From Polyangiales bacterium (GTDB lineage: Bacteria > Myxococcota_A > Polyangia > Polyangiales > Polyangiaceae): a DNA stretch of 64,000 bases. This document shows positions 28,219-36,934 of the stretch, one piece after another. The notes beneath the pieces are model-generated. The model saw only the letters and a list, made by a program, of their open reading frames with translations, was not told where the DNA came from and did no database searches. The first letter of the stretch is position 1. Each line of letters begins with the position of its first letter. The stretch covers positions 96,001 through 160,000 of the forward strand of contig JBBRLQ010000018.1 of NCBI GenBank assembly GCA_038231275.1. The letters are read 5' to 3'. A program made the translations under genes and the position numbers.

Positions 28219-29025
28219 ATGCCGTACCGAAGCGACCTCGACGCCTTGAGGACGCGCGAGGAAGCGCTCAGCCGCGAGCTCGCCGAGCTCGCCGAAGCCG
28301 CGACGAAGAAAGCGCGCCTCGAGCGCGAGCTCGACGAGGTCCGCGCCAATCTCCGGGCGAAGCGCCGCGAGCCGCTGCAGGTGCTTCGTGCGCCGCCGAT
28401 CCCGCTCCCTTGCGACGTCCCGTGGGACTCCATGGTGGGCGACGCCCGGGTCCGTCACTGCGGTCAATGTGAGAAGAAGGTCTACAACCTCTCAGCGATG
28501 ACCCGGCGTGAGGCGGCGGAGCTCCTCCACGACGACGACGCGCAGTGCGTCCGTTACTACGAGCGCCCCGACGGCACCGTCCTGACGTCCGATTGCCCCA
28601 TCGGCGCGCGAACGCGTCGGCGCCGTCGGACGGCCTCGGCGGCGCTGACCCTCGCGGGCGCCGTCGGCCTCGCGGCTTCGGCCAGCGCGATGACGCCGTA
28701 CATGGACGCCGCACGACCGGTCATCGTCGTGTCGGTCGATCAGGCCGTCGCCGATGCGCGCATCGGTCGTGTCATGCGCGTCGAGGGGACCCTCGTACAC
28801 GGCTCGATCGAAGAGCACTTTCGCGAGATCCGCTTCGAGCTCGTGAGCCGAGGCGTGAACTTGCCCGTGCGCTTCGTCGGTCCCATCCTGCCCGACACGT
28901 TTCGCGACGTCCCCGGCGTATCCATCAACGTGATGGTCGAAGGCGAGCTCCGCGCGGACGGCACCTTCGTCGCCACGAACGTGCTCGCCAAGGTCCCGTC
29001 GGGCGCGCGCTACATGGAGCGCTGA
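28219..29025 (+). CDS. Fusion of a Cys-rich domain, a TM helix and a CcmE-like OB domain
   Basis: PC..PWDSM.GD.RVRHCGQC.K.VYNLS; TM helix; RVEG..V.GS...LPVRFVG.LPDTFR...VMVEGEL..DGTFVA..VLAK. Confidence 0.8.
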   Translation: MPYRSDLDALRTREEALSRELAELAEAATKKARLERELDEVRANLRAKRREPLQVLRAPPIPLPCDVPWDSMVGDARVRHCGQCEKKVYNLSAMTRREAAELLHDDDAQCVRYYERPDGTVLTSDCPIGARTRRRRRTASAALTLAGAVGLAASASAMTPYMDAARPVIVVSVDQAVADARIGRVMRVEGTLVHGSIEEHFREIRFELVSRGVNLPVRFVGPILPDTFRDVPGVSINVMVEGELRADGTFVATNVLAKVPSGARYMER

Positions 29026-29049
29026 AGGCTCCGAGCGCGCCCACGCGGG

Positions 29050-29739
29050 CTAGAACCGCGAACGGACACCCAGCGTCGTAGGGCGCTCGCCGCCGCCGAT
29101 CTCGATCGCCATCTCGGGGTTGAAGCCGCGCACCTCGTCCTCGTACGCCTTGGCGCGTGCTTGCCCGAACGAGTCGAGCACGAAGAACGTGAGCGCCTCG
29201 GCCGCGACGCCGATGCCGACACCTTTCCAAGTGTCCTGGTTCTTCACGAACCCGTACGTCGCGACACCGGCCCCGCCCGCCGCGAGGGCGAGCTCGCTCA
29301 GGCGGTAGGCGACGAACCGCGAGGTGGTGCCGTGGATGTGCGCGAGCTCCTCGCGCTTGAACGCCGTCGGATCTTTTGCGAGCGCGGCGGAGTAGTGATC
29401 GATCTCCGCGTTCACCTGAAAGGCGTAGAACGCCGCGCCCGCCGCCTCGAGCACGCCCACCGTCAGGAGGGACCAGCCGAGGCCGCGCGAAAAGTCTCCG
29501 TCGCGTGGCGCCGTCGCCGCGAGCACACCGCCGGCCGCCGCCGAGCCCGCGCCCACGCCGATGAAGAGGAACGCCGTCGATCGCTCCGACGCGTAGTACC
29601 CGCGCATGCCGTCGGCGATTGGCGCGGGCATCGCGGCGGGCGCAGGCGCGAGGTCGTCCGCCGCGGCAGGGACCGAGGTCGCGACGAGCGCGGCGCCCAG
29701 GGCGGCGGCGAGGCATGTGTGGATACGGCGCGCGGCCAT
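29050..29739 (-). CDS. Hypothetical secreted/membrane protein
   Basis: Signal peptide followed by several Gly/Ala-rich hydrophobic helices; C-terminal Phe. Confidence 0.7.
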   Translation of the reverse strand: MAARRIHTCLAAALGAALVATSVPAAADDLAPAPAAMPAPIADGMRGYYASERSTAFLFIGVGAGSAAAGGVLAATAPRDGDFSRGLGWSLLTVGVLEAAGAAFYAFQVNAEIDHYSAALAKDPTAFKREELAHIHGTTSRFVAYRLSELALAAGGAGVATYGFVKNQDTWKGVGIGVAAEALTFFVLDSFGQARAKAYEDEVRGFNPEMAIEIGGGERPTTLGVRSRF

Positions 29740-29764
29740 GAGCTTCCCCCAGCAATTCCTCTCG

Positions 29765-29782
29765 ACATACGAACTCGTATGT
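29765..29782. promoter_or_regulatory. Perfect palindrome; TetR-like operator candidate
   Basis: ACATACGA-AC-TCGTATGT in a divergent intergenic region; extra half-site ACATACG at 29798. Confidence 0.55.
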
Positions 29783-29876
29783 GGCGAATGCTCTGACACA
29801 TACGGCCCCTTATCGCAAACGCTTCCCCGACTTCGGCCCACTTGGCGTCCTCCTCGCGGCGTGGGATACCCCAGGC

Positions 29877-30461
29877 ATGTCCGCGATTCGCATGCGCTTC
29901 GTCGTCGCGACCCTCGGCCTCATCGCCGGGGTCGGGGTGTCGTTCGTGTGCGCGGCAGCGGCGGACGCGCCGGCCCTCGCCGCCGATCCGCCGCGCCCGC
30001 TGGCCGACGCAGGCGCCCCCGACGCGACGGTCAAACCCCCAATCTCGCGCATCCCGCCCGATCCCGCGCCGATGCACGAGCGCTCGCATTGGATCTTCGA
30101 CCTTCGGTGGGCCAAGGGCGAGGTCTATCTTGTAGGCGTGCACAAGCTCGAGCAGACGACGCCGCAAGAGACGCCGCGCGCGATGGGTCGCTTCGCGCTC
30201 GAGCTCCTCGAGGGGCCGACGTTGATCGAGCGCGTCCGCTTCGATTTCCCCCTCCTCGGCGACGAGCCGAAGGACGGAGGAACTCGTCCGGTGCCCTTCT
30301 TCGGAAAGAACCTGGTGACGCGCATCGGCGTCATGTTCCCGGCGACGTCGCGCGGGACGAAGCTCGAGCTCTGGGATCGCGCGTCTGACAAGCGATGGGA
30401 GCTGCCGTGGCCGCCTTCGGAGGGAAACGACGCGTCGGCGCCGACGGGGCCTCGTCAATGA
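29877..30461 (+). CDS. Hypothetical secreted protein
   Basis: Signal peptide, globular C-terminal region, ATGA overlap with the next gene. Confidence 0.7.
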   Translation: MSAIRMRFVVATLGLIAGVGVSFVCAAAADAPALAADPPRPLADAGAPDATVKPPISRIPPDPAPMHERSHWIFDLRWAKGEVYLVGVHKLEQTTPQETPRAMGRFALELLEGPTLIERVRFDFPLLGDEPKDGGTRPVPFFGKNLVTRIGVMFPATSRGTKLELWDRASDKRWELPWPPSEGNDASAPTGPRQ

Positions 30462-33139
30462 GAGGCGCGGTCGCGCTCGCCGTCGCGGCGCTCGGCGCGT
30501 TGCCGGTCGCGTGCTCGAAGAAGGACAGCGGCCCGGCCGGTCCGCACTATGTCGATCCGCCGGATCTGATCTCGTCGATCAAGGACGCGCCGTCGTGCGT
30601 CCTCGACTGCGCGTCAGGCACGCCGTGCGACGAGGCGCGGAAGCCGTGGACCTGCCCGGCGCTCGCCGACTACGCGAGCCTCCCCCACGATCCGTCATGC
30701 CCCGCCTACGACGGCACGCCGCCTCCTGCGACGACCGGCGCGTGCACCGCGACCGATCCAACCGGCGACGCGCTCGCCAAGACGAGCTTCGGCGGCACGC
30801 CCGTGATCTTGCCCGACGGTCGCCGCCTCACGCCCGCCGGCACCGAGTGGGTCTTCGACGAGGCCGACGTCGATGGCGGCTTCCCCGTGACGAGCGTCCT
30901 CGTTCCCGGCACGAAATGGCTCGTCGTGATCGACGCCGGCTACGGCACCCACGCGGTCCGCGCCGTCGACACGACCGTCCTGCGCGGCGGCGCGGCGAAG
31001 CCGGTCGCGTCGTACGTTCGGTACCCGATCCCCAAGGCGATCAACTACGGCGTCGCCGTCCACCCCACGACGAAGACGATCTACGTCGCCGGCGGAACCC
31101 CGGACTCGAAGGTCCTCGCGTTCGATCTCGACGCCGCGACCGGAAAGCTCACCGAGAACGCCGCGCGCGCCGTCACGCTTCCGAAGGACGTGGTCGGGCA
31201 AGGGCTCGACGTCTCGCCCGACGGCAAGACCCTCCTCGTCGGCGAGGGGAAGGACAGCCACGTCTACGTCTTCAGCCTCGACGACGCGTCGTACGGAAAG
31301 GCGCTCGGATCCATCGACGTCGGCGCCAGCGATGTCTTCGCGGTGCGCTTCGATCCAAGCGATAAGGCGGGAAATACCGCGTATGCGACGTGCTGGATCG
31401 GCGCCGTGGAGCTGAGCAAACCGAACGTCATGCGCCTCGCGCAGCTCGACGTCGGCGCGAAGAAGGCGCGCATCATCCCGGTCGGAAAGGCCCCCGAAGA
31501 GATCGCGTTCCTCGATGCGCGATGGGCCGTCGTCGCCAACTCGCTCTCCGACACGCTCTCGATCGTCGACCGGCCGGCGAGCAACGTCGCCGCCGAGGTG
31601 CCGGTCGCGATGGATCCCGCCGTCCCGCACGGCGCCGGGCCGAGCGCGCTCGCATGGGACGCGCCGCGCAAGCGCCTGTACGTCACGCTCGCGGACGTGA
31701 ACGGCGTCGCCGCGTACGACGTGGACCTCACCGGCGCGTCGCCGACGCTCACGCCCGCCGGAATCTTCGCGACCGCGTGGTGGCCCACCGGGGTCGCCGT
31801 CGATCCCGCGGATGGCGCGGTCTTCGTGACGAACGGCAAGGGCCATGGAACCGGCGCGGACAAAAAGCTCCGCGGCTTCACCGACGGCGAGGTCGCCGAT
31901 TTGATGAAGGGCAGCGTGCAAGCCGTCCCGTTCATGGATGCCACCGCGCTTGCGGCCGCGACGAAGGCGTTCAAGGCCGCGAGCACGCCCGCCGCCATCC
32001 TTGGCTACTCCAGCGTGCAGTGCAACGGCGCGCCCTACGACTTTCCGCTCCCCGCCAAACCCGAGGACGGACCGAGCGCGCGCATCAAGCACGTGGTGTT
32101 CGTCGTCCGGGAGAACAAGACGTTCGACGATCTATTCGGCGATCTCCCCAGCGTGGACGGCGACCCGAGCCTCGTCATGGCGCAAGGTCGCATGGACGAC
32201 ATTTGGCCCAACGCGCGCAAAATCGCGACTTCGTTCTCGCACATGGACAACTTCTACTCGGACGCCGAGCAGTCGATCCAAGGTCACGCGTGGACGGTGA
32301 TGGGCCGCACGAGCGACTACGAGGAGCGGCGCTGGACGGTCATCTGGGGACGCGGCGAGTTCGGCGTCGGCTCGGCGGCCGGCGTCGGCGGGAACACCAC
32401 GGCGATGGAGGGCAACGTCTTCGACGTCCTCAAGGCCGGCGGCGTCGGGGTGCAGAACATGGGCGATCTGTACGCGATCGCGTACCGCGATACGCAGTGG
32501 CCCGGCGGCACCACCGACTCGACGATCCCCGACACGCTCGGCGCGTGCTACCTCGCCGCCCGCGCGCGCGCCGCGTGCGACATGGTGCCGTTCACGTACG
32601 TGTGGCTCGTGAACGATCACGCGTGGGGACAGTCGGCGTCTCGCCCCAACCCCGCCGTCGCGATCGCCACCAACGACGAGGCGACCGGCATGCTCCTCGA
32701 CGGCATCAGCCACTCGCCGATGTGGAAGGACACGCTCGTCGTCGTCGTCGAGGATGATCCGAACACCGGCGCCGACCACGTCGATCTGCACCGCACGATC
32801 GCGCTCTTCGCCTCTCCGTGGGTGAAGCGCGGGTACGTCAGCCGCGCGCACTACGACATCGCGAGCGTGCACAAGGTCTTCGCGCACGTCTTCGGGCGAC
32901 CGTACTGGAGCGCGACGATCGCGAACGCGCCGCTGCCGCTCGATCTGTTCACGTCGACGCCGGACTACACGCCGTTTACCTACGTGCCGCGAAAATTCAC
33001 GGACTTGTCCTGCAACCCGAGCGGGACGACCGGCGCGAAAGAAGCGGAGGACTGGGACTTCTCGGAGCCCGACGATCAGCCGGGGCTGTCTCGCCAGAAC
33101 TGGGAGTCGCTTCGTTCGCTCGGCGATCGCGGAAGGTGA
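30458..33139 (+). CDS. YncE-like beta-propeller plus phosphoesterase (alkaline-phosphatase-like) lipoprotein
   Basis: PVAC lipobox; YVTN-like blades (FVTNGKG, VVANSLSDT); IKHVVFVVRENKTFD, NDH, EDD...DHV, SPWVKRG. Confidence 0.88.
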   Translation: MRGAVALAVAALGALPVACSKKDSGPAGPHYVDPPDLISSIKDAPSCVLDCASGTPCDEARKPWTCPALADYASLPHDPSCPAYDGTPPPATTGACTATDPTGDALAKTSFGGTPVILPDGRRLTPAGTEWVFDEADVDGGFPVTSVLVPGTKWLVVIDAGYGTHAVRAVDTTVLRGGAAKPVASYVRYPIPKAINYGVAVHPTTKTIYVAGGTPDSKVLAFDLDAATGKLTENAARAVTLPKDVVGQGLDVSPDGKTLLVGEGKDSHVYVFSLDDASYGKALGSIDVGASDVFAVRFDPSDKAGNTAYATCWIGAVELSKPNVMRLAQLDVGAKKARIIPVGKAPEEIAFLDARWAVVANSLSDTLSIVDRPASNVAAEVPVAMDPAVPHGAGPSALAWDAPRKRLYVTLADVNGVAAYDVDLTGASPTLTPAGIFATAWWPTGVAVDPADGAVFVTNGKGHGTGADKKLRGFTDGEVADLMKGSVQAVPFMDATALAAATKAFKAASTPAAILGYSSVQCNGAPYDFPLPAKPEDGPSARIKHVVFVVRENKTFDDLFGDLPSVDGDPSLVMAQGRMDDIWPNARKIATSFSHMDNFYSDAEQSIQGHAWTVMGRTSDYEERRWTVIWGRGEFGVGSAAGVGGNTTAMEGNVFDVLKAGGVGVQNMGDLYAIAYRDTQWPGGTTDSTIPDTLGACYLAARARAACDMVPFTYVWLVNDHAWGQSASRPNPAVAIATNDEATGMLLDGISHSPMWKDTLVVVVEDDPNTGADHVDLHRTIALFASPWVKRGYVSRAHYDIASVHKVFAHVFGRPYWSATIANAPLPLDLFTSTPDYTPFTYVPRKFTDLSCNPSGTTGAKEAEDWDFSEPDDQPGLSRQNWESLRSLGDRGR

Positions 33140-33141
33140 CG

Positions 33142-34050
33142 ATGAGCCTCTGCGCGGCGTGCCGAGAGCTCGAGGTCGCGACGGGAGCGCTGTGCGACGA
33201 CTGCGCCGCGGCGATCACCGGCGTGGGTCAGCTCTACCCCGAGCAGATTCTCAGCGCTGTCACCGAGCCGTCGGACGCGGCGCTCGTCGATCGCTGGGGC
33301 CGGGTCCATGCCTTGTCGCGCCGATCATTCGTGGGTCGCCAGGTGGAGTCGGGAGGCATCGCGCTCGCCGACGCCAGCGTGTCGCGGCAGCACGCCGAGC
33401 TCCTCCGCAAGCCCGATCGCTCGTGGTGGGTCATCGACATGGGCAGCGCGAACGGGACATTCCTCAACGAGCGCCAGCTCGACGCCGCGTCTCGCCTCAC
33501 GTCCGGCGATCTCCTCTTCTTCGGCGGCGTGGGCGCGTTCTTCGTCAGCCCGGTGCCCGAGGAACCTCTCGCGCCGATCCGCCTTCCGCCGACGCATCGC
33601 CCCGCGAGCGGCCCGGAGCCCATCGCGCCGCCGATCGTCTACGAAGAGGACCAGCTCGATGAAGACGAGGCGTCCACGTTCCTCGGCCTTCGCGCCGCGG
33701 AGCTTTCGCTCGTCTCGCCGACCGGGGGCGGCGGGGGAGTCGTGGCGCTCGGCGGCAAGACCGCGCAGCTCACGCCGACGCAGTTCGAGCTGATCCGCGT
33801 GCTCGCGATGCGGATGTTCGAGGAGGCGGGCAGAGACGAGCGCGTACGCGGCTTCGTCCGCTCCAGTGAGCTACTCGTGTCGCTCCCCTGGGATACCCCG
33901 AAGCCCGAGGACAACCACATCAAGCAGCTCGTTCGCCGGGTGCGACGTGCGCTGGTGCGTGCGCAGGTGGGAGACCTCGTCGAGTCGCGGCACGGCTTCG
34001 GGTATCGCCTGCGCTTCCGCCTCGACAAGAAACCGATGCGCGATCATTAG
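33142..34050 (+). CDS. FHA-domain transcriptional regulator with a C-terminal OmpR-like winged helix and N-terminal CxxC pair
   Basis: VGR...SVSRQHA...DMGSANGTFLN; LTPTQFEL...IKQLVRRVRR...VESRHGFGYRL. Confidence 0.85.
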   Translation: MSLCAACRELEVATGALCDDCAAAITGVGQLYPEQILSAVTEPSDAALVDRWGRVHALSRRSFVGRQVESGGIALADASVSRQHAELLRKPDRSWWVIDMGSANGTFLNERQLDAASRLTSGDLLFFGGVGAFFVSPVPEEPLAPIRLPPTHRPASGPEPIAPPIVYEEDQLDEDEASTFLGLRAAELSLVSPTGGGGGVVALGGKTAQLTPTQFELIRVLAMRMFEEAGRDERVRGFVRSSELLVSLPWDTPKPEDNHIKQLVRRVRRALVRAQVGDLVESRHGFGYRLRFRLDKKPMRDH

Positions 34051-34072
34051 CTGCCGCCACTTGGCAGGGGCC

Positions 34073-34112
34073 GCTACCCGAGAGCTACCCCAGCGGTCAT
34101 TGCCGGCTATCC
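34073..34112 (+). promoter_or_regulatory. Phased heptamer direct repeats (candidate wHTH binding site)
   Basis: GCTACCC at 34073 and 34084 and GCTATCC at 34106 (11- and 22-bp spacing). Confidence 0.45.
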
Positions 34113-34135
34113 GGCCGAGCGGTCATCTTCTGGGG

Positions 34136-35620
34136 ATGACGCCGGTGCCGCCCTCCTCGAACAAGGCGATCCTCATCGCCGAGCTCGGCCACGGGGGGAT
34201 GGCGGACGTCTACCTCGCGCTGCGGCACGGCGTCGGCGGCTTCACCAAGCTGCTCGTCGTGAAGCGCTTGCGCGCGCAGGTGGCCGACGAGCCCGAGTTC
34301 CTCACGATGTTCATCGACGAGGCGCGACTCGCGGCGCGCCTCAGCCACACCAACGTCGTCCAGACCCACGAGATCGCGATGGACGGCGGGCGCCACGTCC
34401 TCGAGATGGAGTACCTCGACGGCCAGCCGCTCCACCGCATCGCCCACCGCGCGCGCCAACGCGGCCGCGCGCTGCGCCCCGCGCTCGCGCGCAAGATCGT
34501 GTGCGACGCGCTCGCAGGCCTGCACTACGCGCACGAGCTCTGCGACTACGACGGCACGCCGATGAACGTCGTGCACCGCGACGTCAGCCCTCACAACGTC
34601 TTCGTGACCTACCAAGGCGTCGTGAAGGTCGTCGACTTCGGGATCGCGAAGGCCGAGGGGCAGCTCTCGGTCACGATGATCGGAAACGTGAAGGGCAAGG
34701 TCCACTACATGTCGCCCGAGCACGCGACCGGGTGCCGAGTCGATCGGCGCGCGGACGTGTTCGCGGCAGGCGTCGTGCTGTGGGAGCTGCTCGCCGGGCG
34801 CCGCTACTGGGAAGGCGAATCACAAGAGGCCGTGCTGCATCGCCTCGCGGCGCGCGCGATGCCGCCGGGACCTCGCGCCGTGAACGCGGACGTCCCCGAA
34901 GACATCGATCACGTCGTCGCGCGCGCGACGGCGACGGACCTGGACCAGCGCTACGCAACCGCGGAGGAGATGCGCCTCGCGCTCGACGCGTGCCTTCCTG
35001 GTGACGTGGCGAGCGCGCGGGAGCTCGGTGTGCTCGCGTCGCAGCTGTTCGACGCGGAGCGCCTCGAAGTGCGCGCCCTCATCGAGCGTGCAGTGGAGCG
35101 CTCGCGCGCGGCGGTCGCGGTGCCGCGCGCCGGGGCGGTGGCGATAGAGCACGGCGAGTCGACGGATGGGATCACGCTCGGCCCGCCGACCACCGTGCAC
35201 GCGCCTTCGGCCGTGCCATTGCGGGCGCCCCGCCAACCTCGATCTATCGTCGCCGTCGCGGGGGCCGTGGTCCTCGCGCTCGGCGCAGCGCTCTTCGTCG
35301 TCGCGGTCCGACAGGCGCCTCCGGCGTCGCGCGCAGGGCGCTCGCTCGAGCCCGTAGGCGCGCGGGCCGTCGTGGAGCTCACGGCGGCGGAGACGCCCGA
35401 GAACCTGGAGCCGGCGCCGGTTGTCGTCGATCGGATCGCGAACCGGCTCGCCGTCCGCCCCAGGGCGACCTCGCACGAGTCTCAGGTCGCACGCGCCGTC
35501 CAAGCGCCCGAGCCCTCCGTGCCCGACGCGGGCGCCTCCTCCGACCCGCCTGTCCGTTCGAAACGCGTTCCAGGGGTGGACCTGACCGAAGATCCTTGGG
35601 ACGCCGGCGCGAAGAGGTAG
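34136..35620 (+). CDS. Membrane Ser/Thr protein kinase
   Basis: LGHGGMA, VVK, HRDVSPHN, DFG, YMSPE, D.FAAG; TM helix near the C-terminus. Confidence 0.93.
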   Translation: MTPVPPSSNKAILIAELGHGGMADVYLALRHGVGGFTKLLVVKRLRAQVADEPEFLTMFIDEARLAARLSHTNVVQTHEIAMDGGRHVLEMEYLDGQPLHRIAHRARQRGRALRPALARKIVCDALAGLHYAHELCDYDGTPMNVVHRDVSPHNVFVTYQGVVKVVDFGIAKAEGQLSVTMIGNVKGKVHYMSPEHATGCRVDRRADVFAAGVVLWELLAGRRYWEGESQEAVLHRLAARAMPPGPRAVNADVPEDIDHVVARATATDLDQRYATAEEMRLALDACLPGDVASARELGVLASQLFDAERLEVRALIERAVERSRAAVAVPRAGAVAIEHGESTDGITLGPPTTVHAPSAVPLRAPRQPRSIVAVAGAVVLALGAALFVVAVRQAPPASRAGRSLEPVGARAVVELTAAETPENLEPAPVVVDRIANRLAVRPRATSHESQVARAVQAPEPSVPDAGASSDPPVRSKRVPGVDLTEDPWDAGAKR

Positions 35621-35634
35621 CTAGGCTTGGCGTC

Positions 35635-36771
35635 TTGAAGCCGACTCGACGCCTCGTCCTCACGTGCCTCTCCTCGCTCTTCCTCGGCGCCTGTGCGCAC
35701 GACGCCGCGCCGGTGAATAGCCCGACGTCCGCTCCGTGGACCGTCGATCCGTACGGCGAGCCCGCAGAGCCGGAGGTGCCGGTGAGTGACGTGCCGGCGC
35801 TCGACACCGAGTATTACCTCGGCACGCGCGAGCAAGAGGCGGCGCAGTTCGCGGAGTTTGCCCGGCAAATCCAGGGGATCCAGCGAAGGCTCGCCGTCGA
35901 GCACGGCCAACCCGTATCGCGCGGCTTTCACGCAAAATCGCACGCGTGCCTCCACGGGGAGCTGCGCCTCGAGCCGCACCGCTCGGCGCGCACGCGCTTC
36001 GGGCTCTTCGCGGACGGCCAGAACACGAAAGACGTCGTCGTCCGCTTCTCGAACGGCGTCGGCTTCCGCCAAGCCGACGGCGATCTCGACGCGCGCGGGA
36101 TGGCGGTGAAGGTCTACGGCGTCGAGGGAAAGAAGTACATCGACGACGAGGCCGGCGACACGCAGGACTTCCTCATGACCAACACGCCGGTGCCGGTCGG
36201 GCGTGACGCGGTGGACTTCATGGAGTTCGCGCGCGCCAACACCGACGGGCGCATCGCGGCGCTCTTCTTCCTCGTGCGTCGCGCGTCGACCGTCGCCGAG
36301 GCGCTCTCGCGCACCAACCCGGTCAGCAGCGTGGTGACGACCCGCTACTGGAGTGGCAGCGCGTATCACCTCGGCGCGCACCAAGCGGTGAAGTTCTCCA
36401 CGCGCCCCTGCGACCTCCGCCTCGTGCGCGACCCGCCGAAGGACGGCGACGACTATCTCCGCAAAGACCTCGTCGCCGCCGCTGCGCGCGACGGGGTGTG
36501 CATGACGCTCTACGTGCAGCTCCAGACCGATCCGGAAGAGACCCCGATCGAGAACGCGTCGAAGATCTGGGACGAGACGAAATCGCCGCTCCTTCCCGTC
36601 GCCAAGATCGTGATGCCACCGCAGGCGATCGAGGACAGCGCGACCGCCGCGTGCGATCAGCTCGCCTTCACGCCGTGGCACTCGATTCCGGCGCACAAGC
36701 CGATGGGGCACATCAATCGCGCGCGCCGCTATGTCTACGCGGCCAGCCAGGAGCTCCGCCGTGCCCATTGA
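35635..36771 (+). CDS. Catalase-related heme protein, putative (Tat) lipoprotein
   Basis: RGFHAKSH distal His, VRFSNG, DARGMAVK, QDFLMTN, FTPWH, NRARRYVY proximal Tyr; TRRLVL...LGAC signal. Confidence 0.85.
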   Translation: MKPTRRLVLTCLSSLFLGACAHDAAPVNSPTSAPWTVDPYGEPAEPEVPVSDVPALDTEYYLGTREQEAAQFAEFARQIQGIQRRLAVEHGQPVSRGFHAKSHACLHGELRLEPHRSARTRFGLFADGQNTKDVVVRFSNGVGFRQADGDLDARGMAVKVYGVEGKKYIDDEAGDTQDFLMTNTPVPVGRDAVDFMEFARANTDGRIAALFFLVRRASTVAEALSRTNPVSSVVTTRYWSGSAYHLGAHQAVKFSTRPCDLRLVRDPPKDGDDYLRKDLVAAAARDGVCMTLYVQLQTDPEETPIENASKIWDETKSPLLPVAKIVMPPQAIEDSATAACDQLAFTPWHSIPAHKPMGHINRARRYVYAASQELRRAH

Positions 36772-36934
36772 TCAGCCGCCCACGGCTGCGTTGGCGTCGA
36801 ACCGTGCGGGAATCGCTCGTAAATCATCCTTAAGAAAGACCAAAATCGGTCCCCCTCCGTCTAACCGGTAGAACCACGGCCCACCCGCCGGCGCTTGGGT
36901 GCCGGCAGCAAGCTGTGAGAAGCTACGGACCTCG

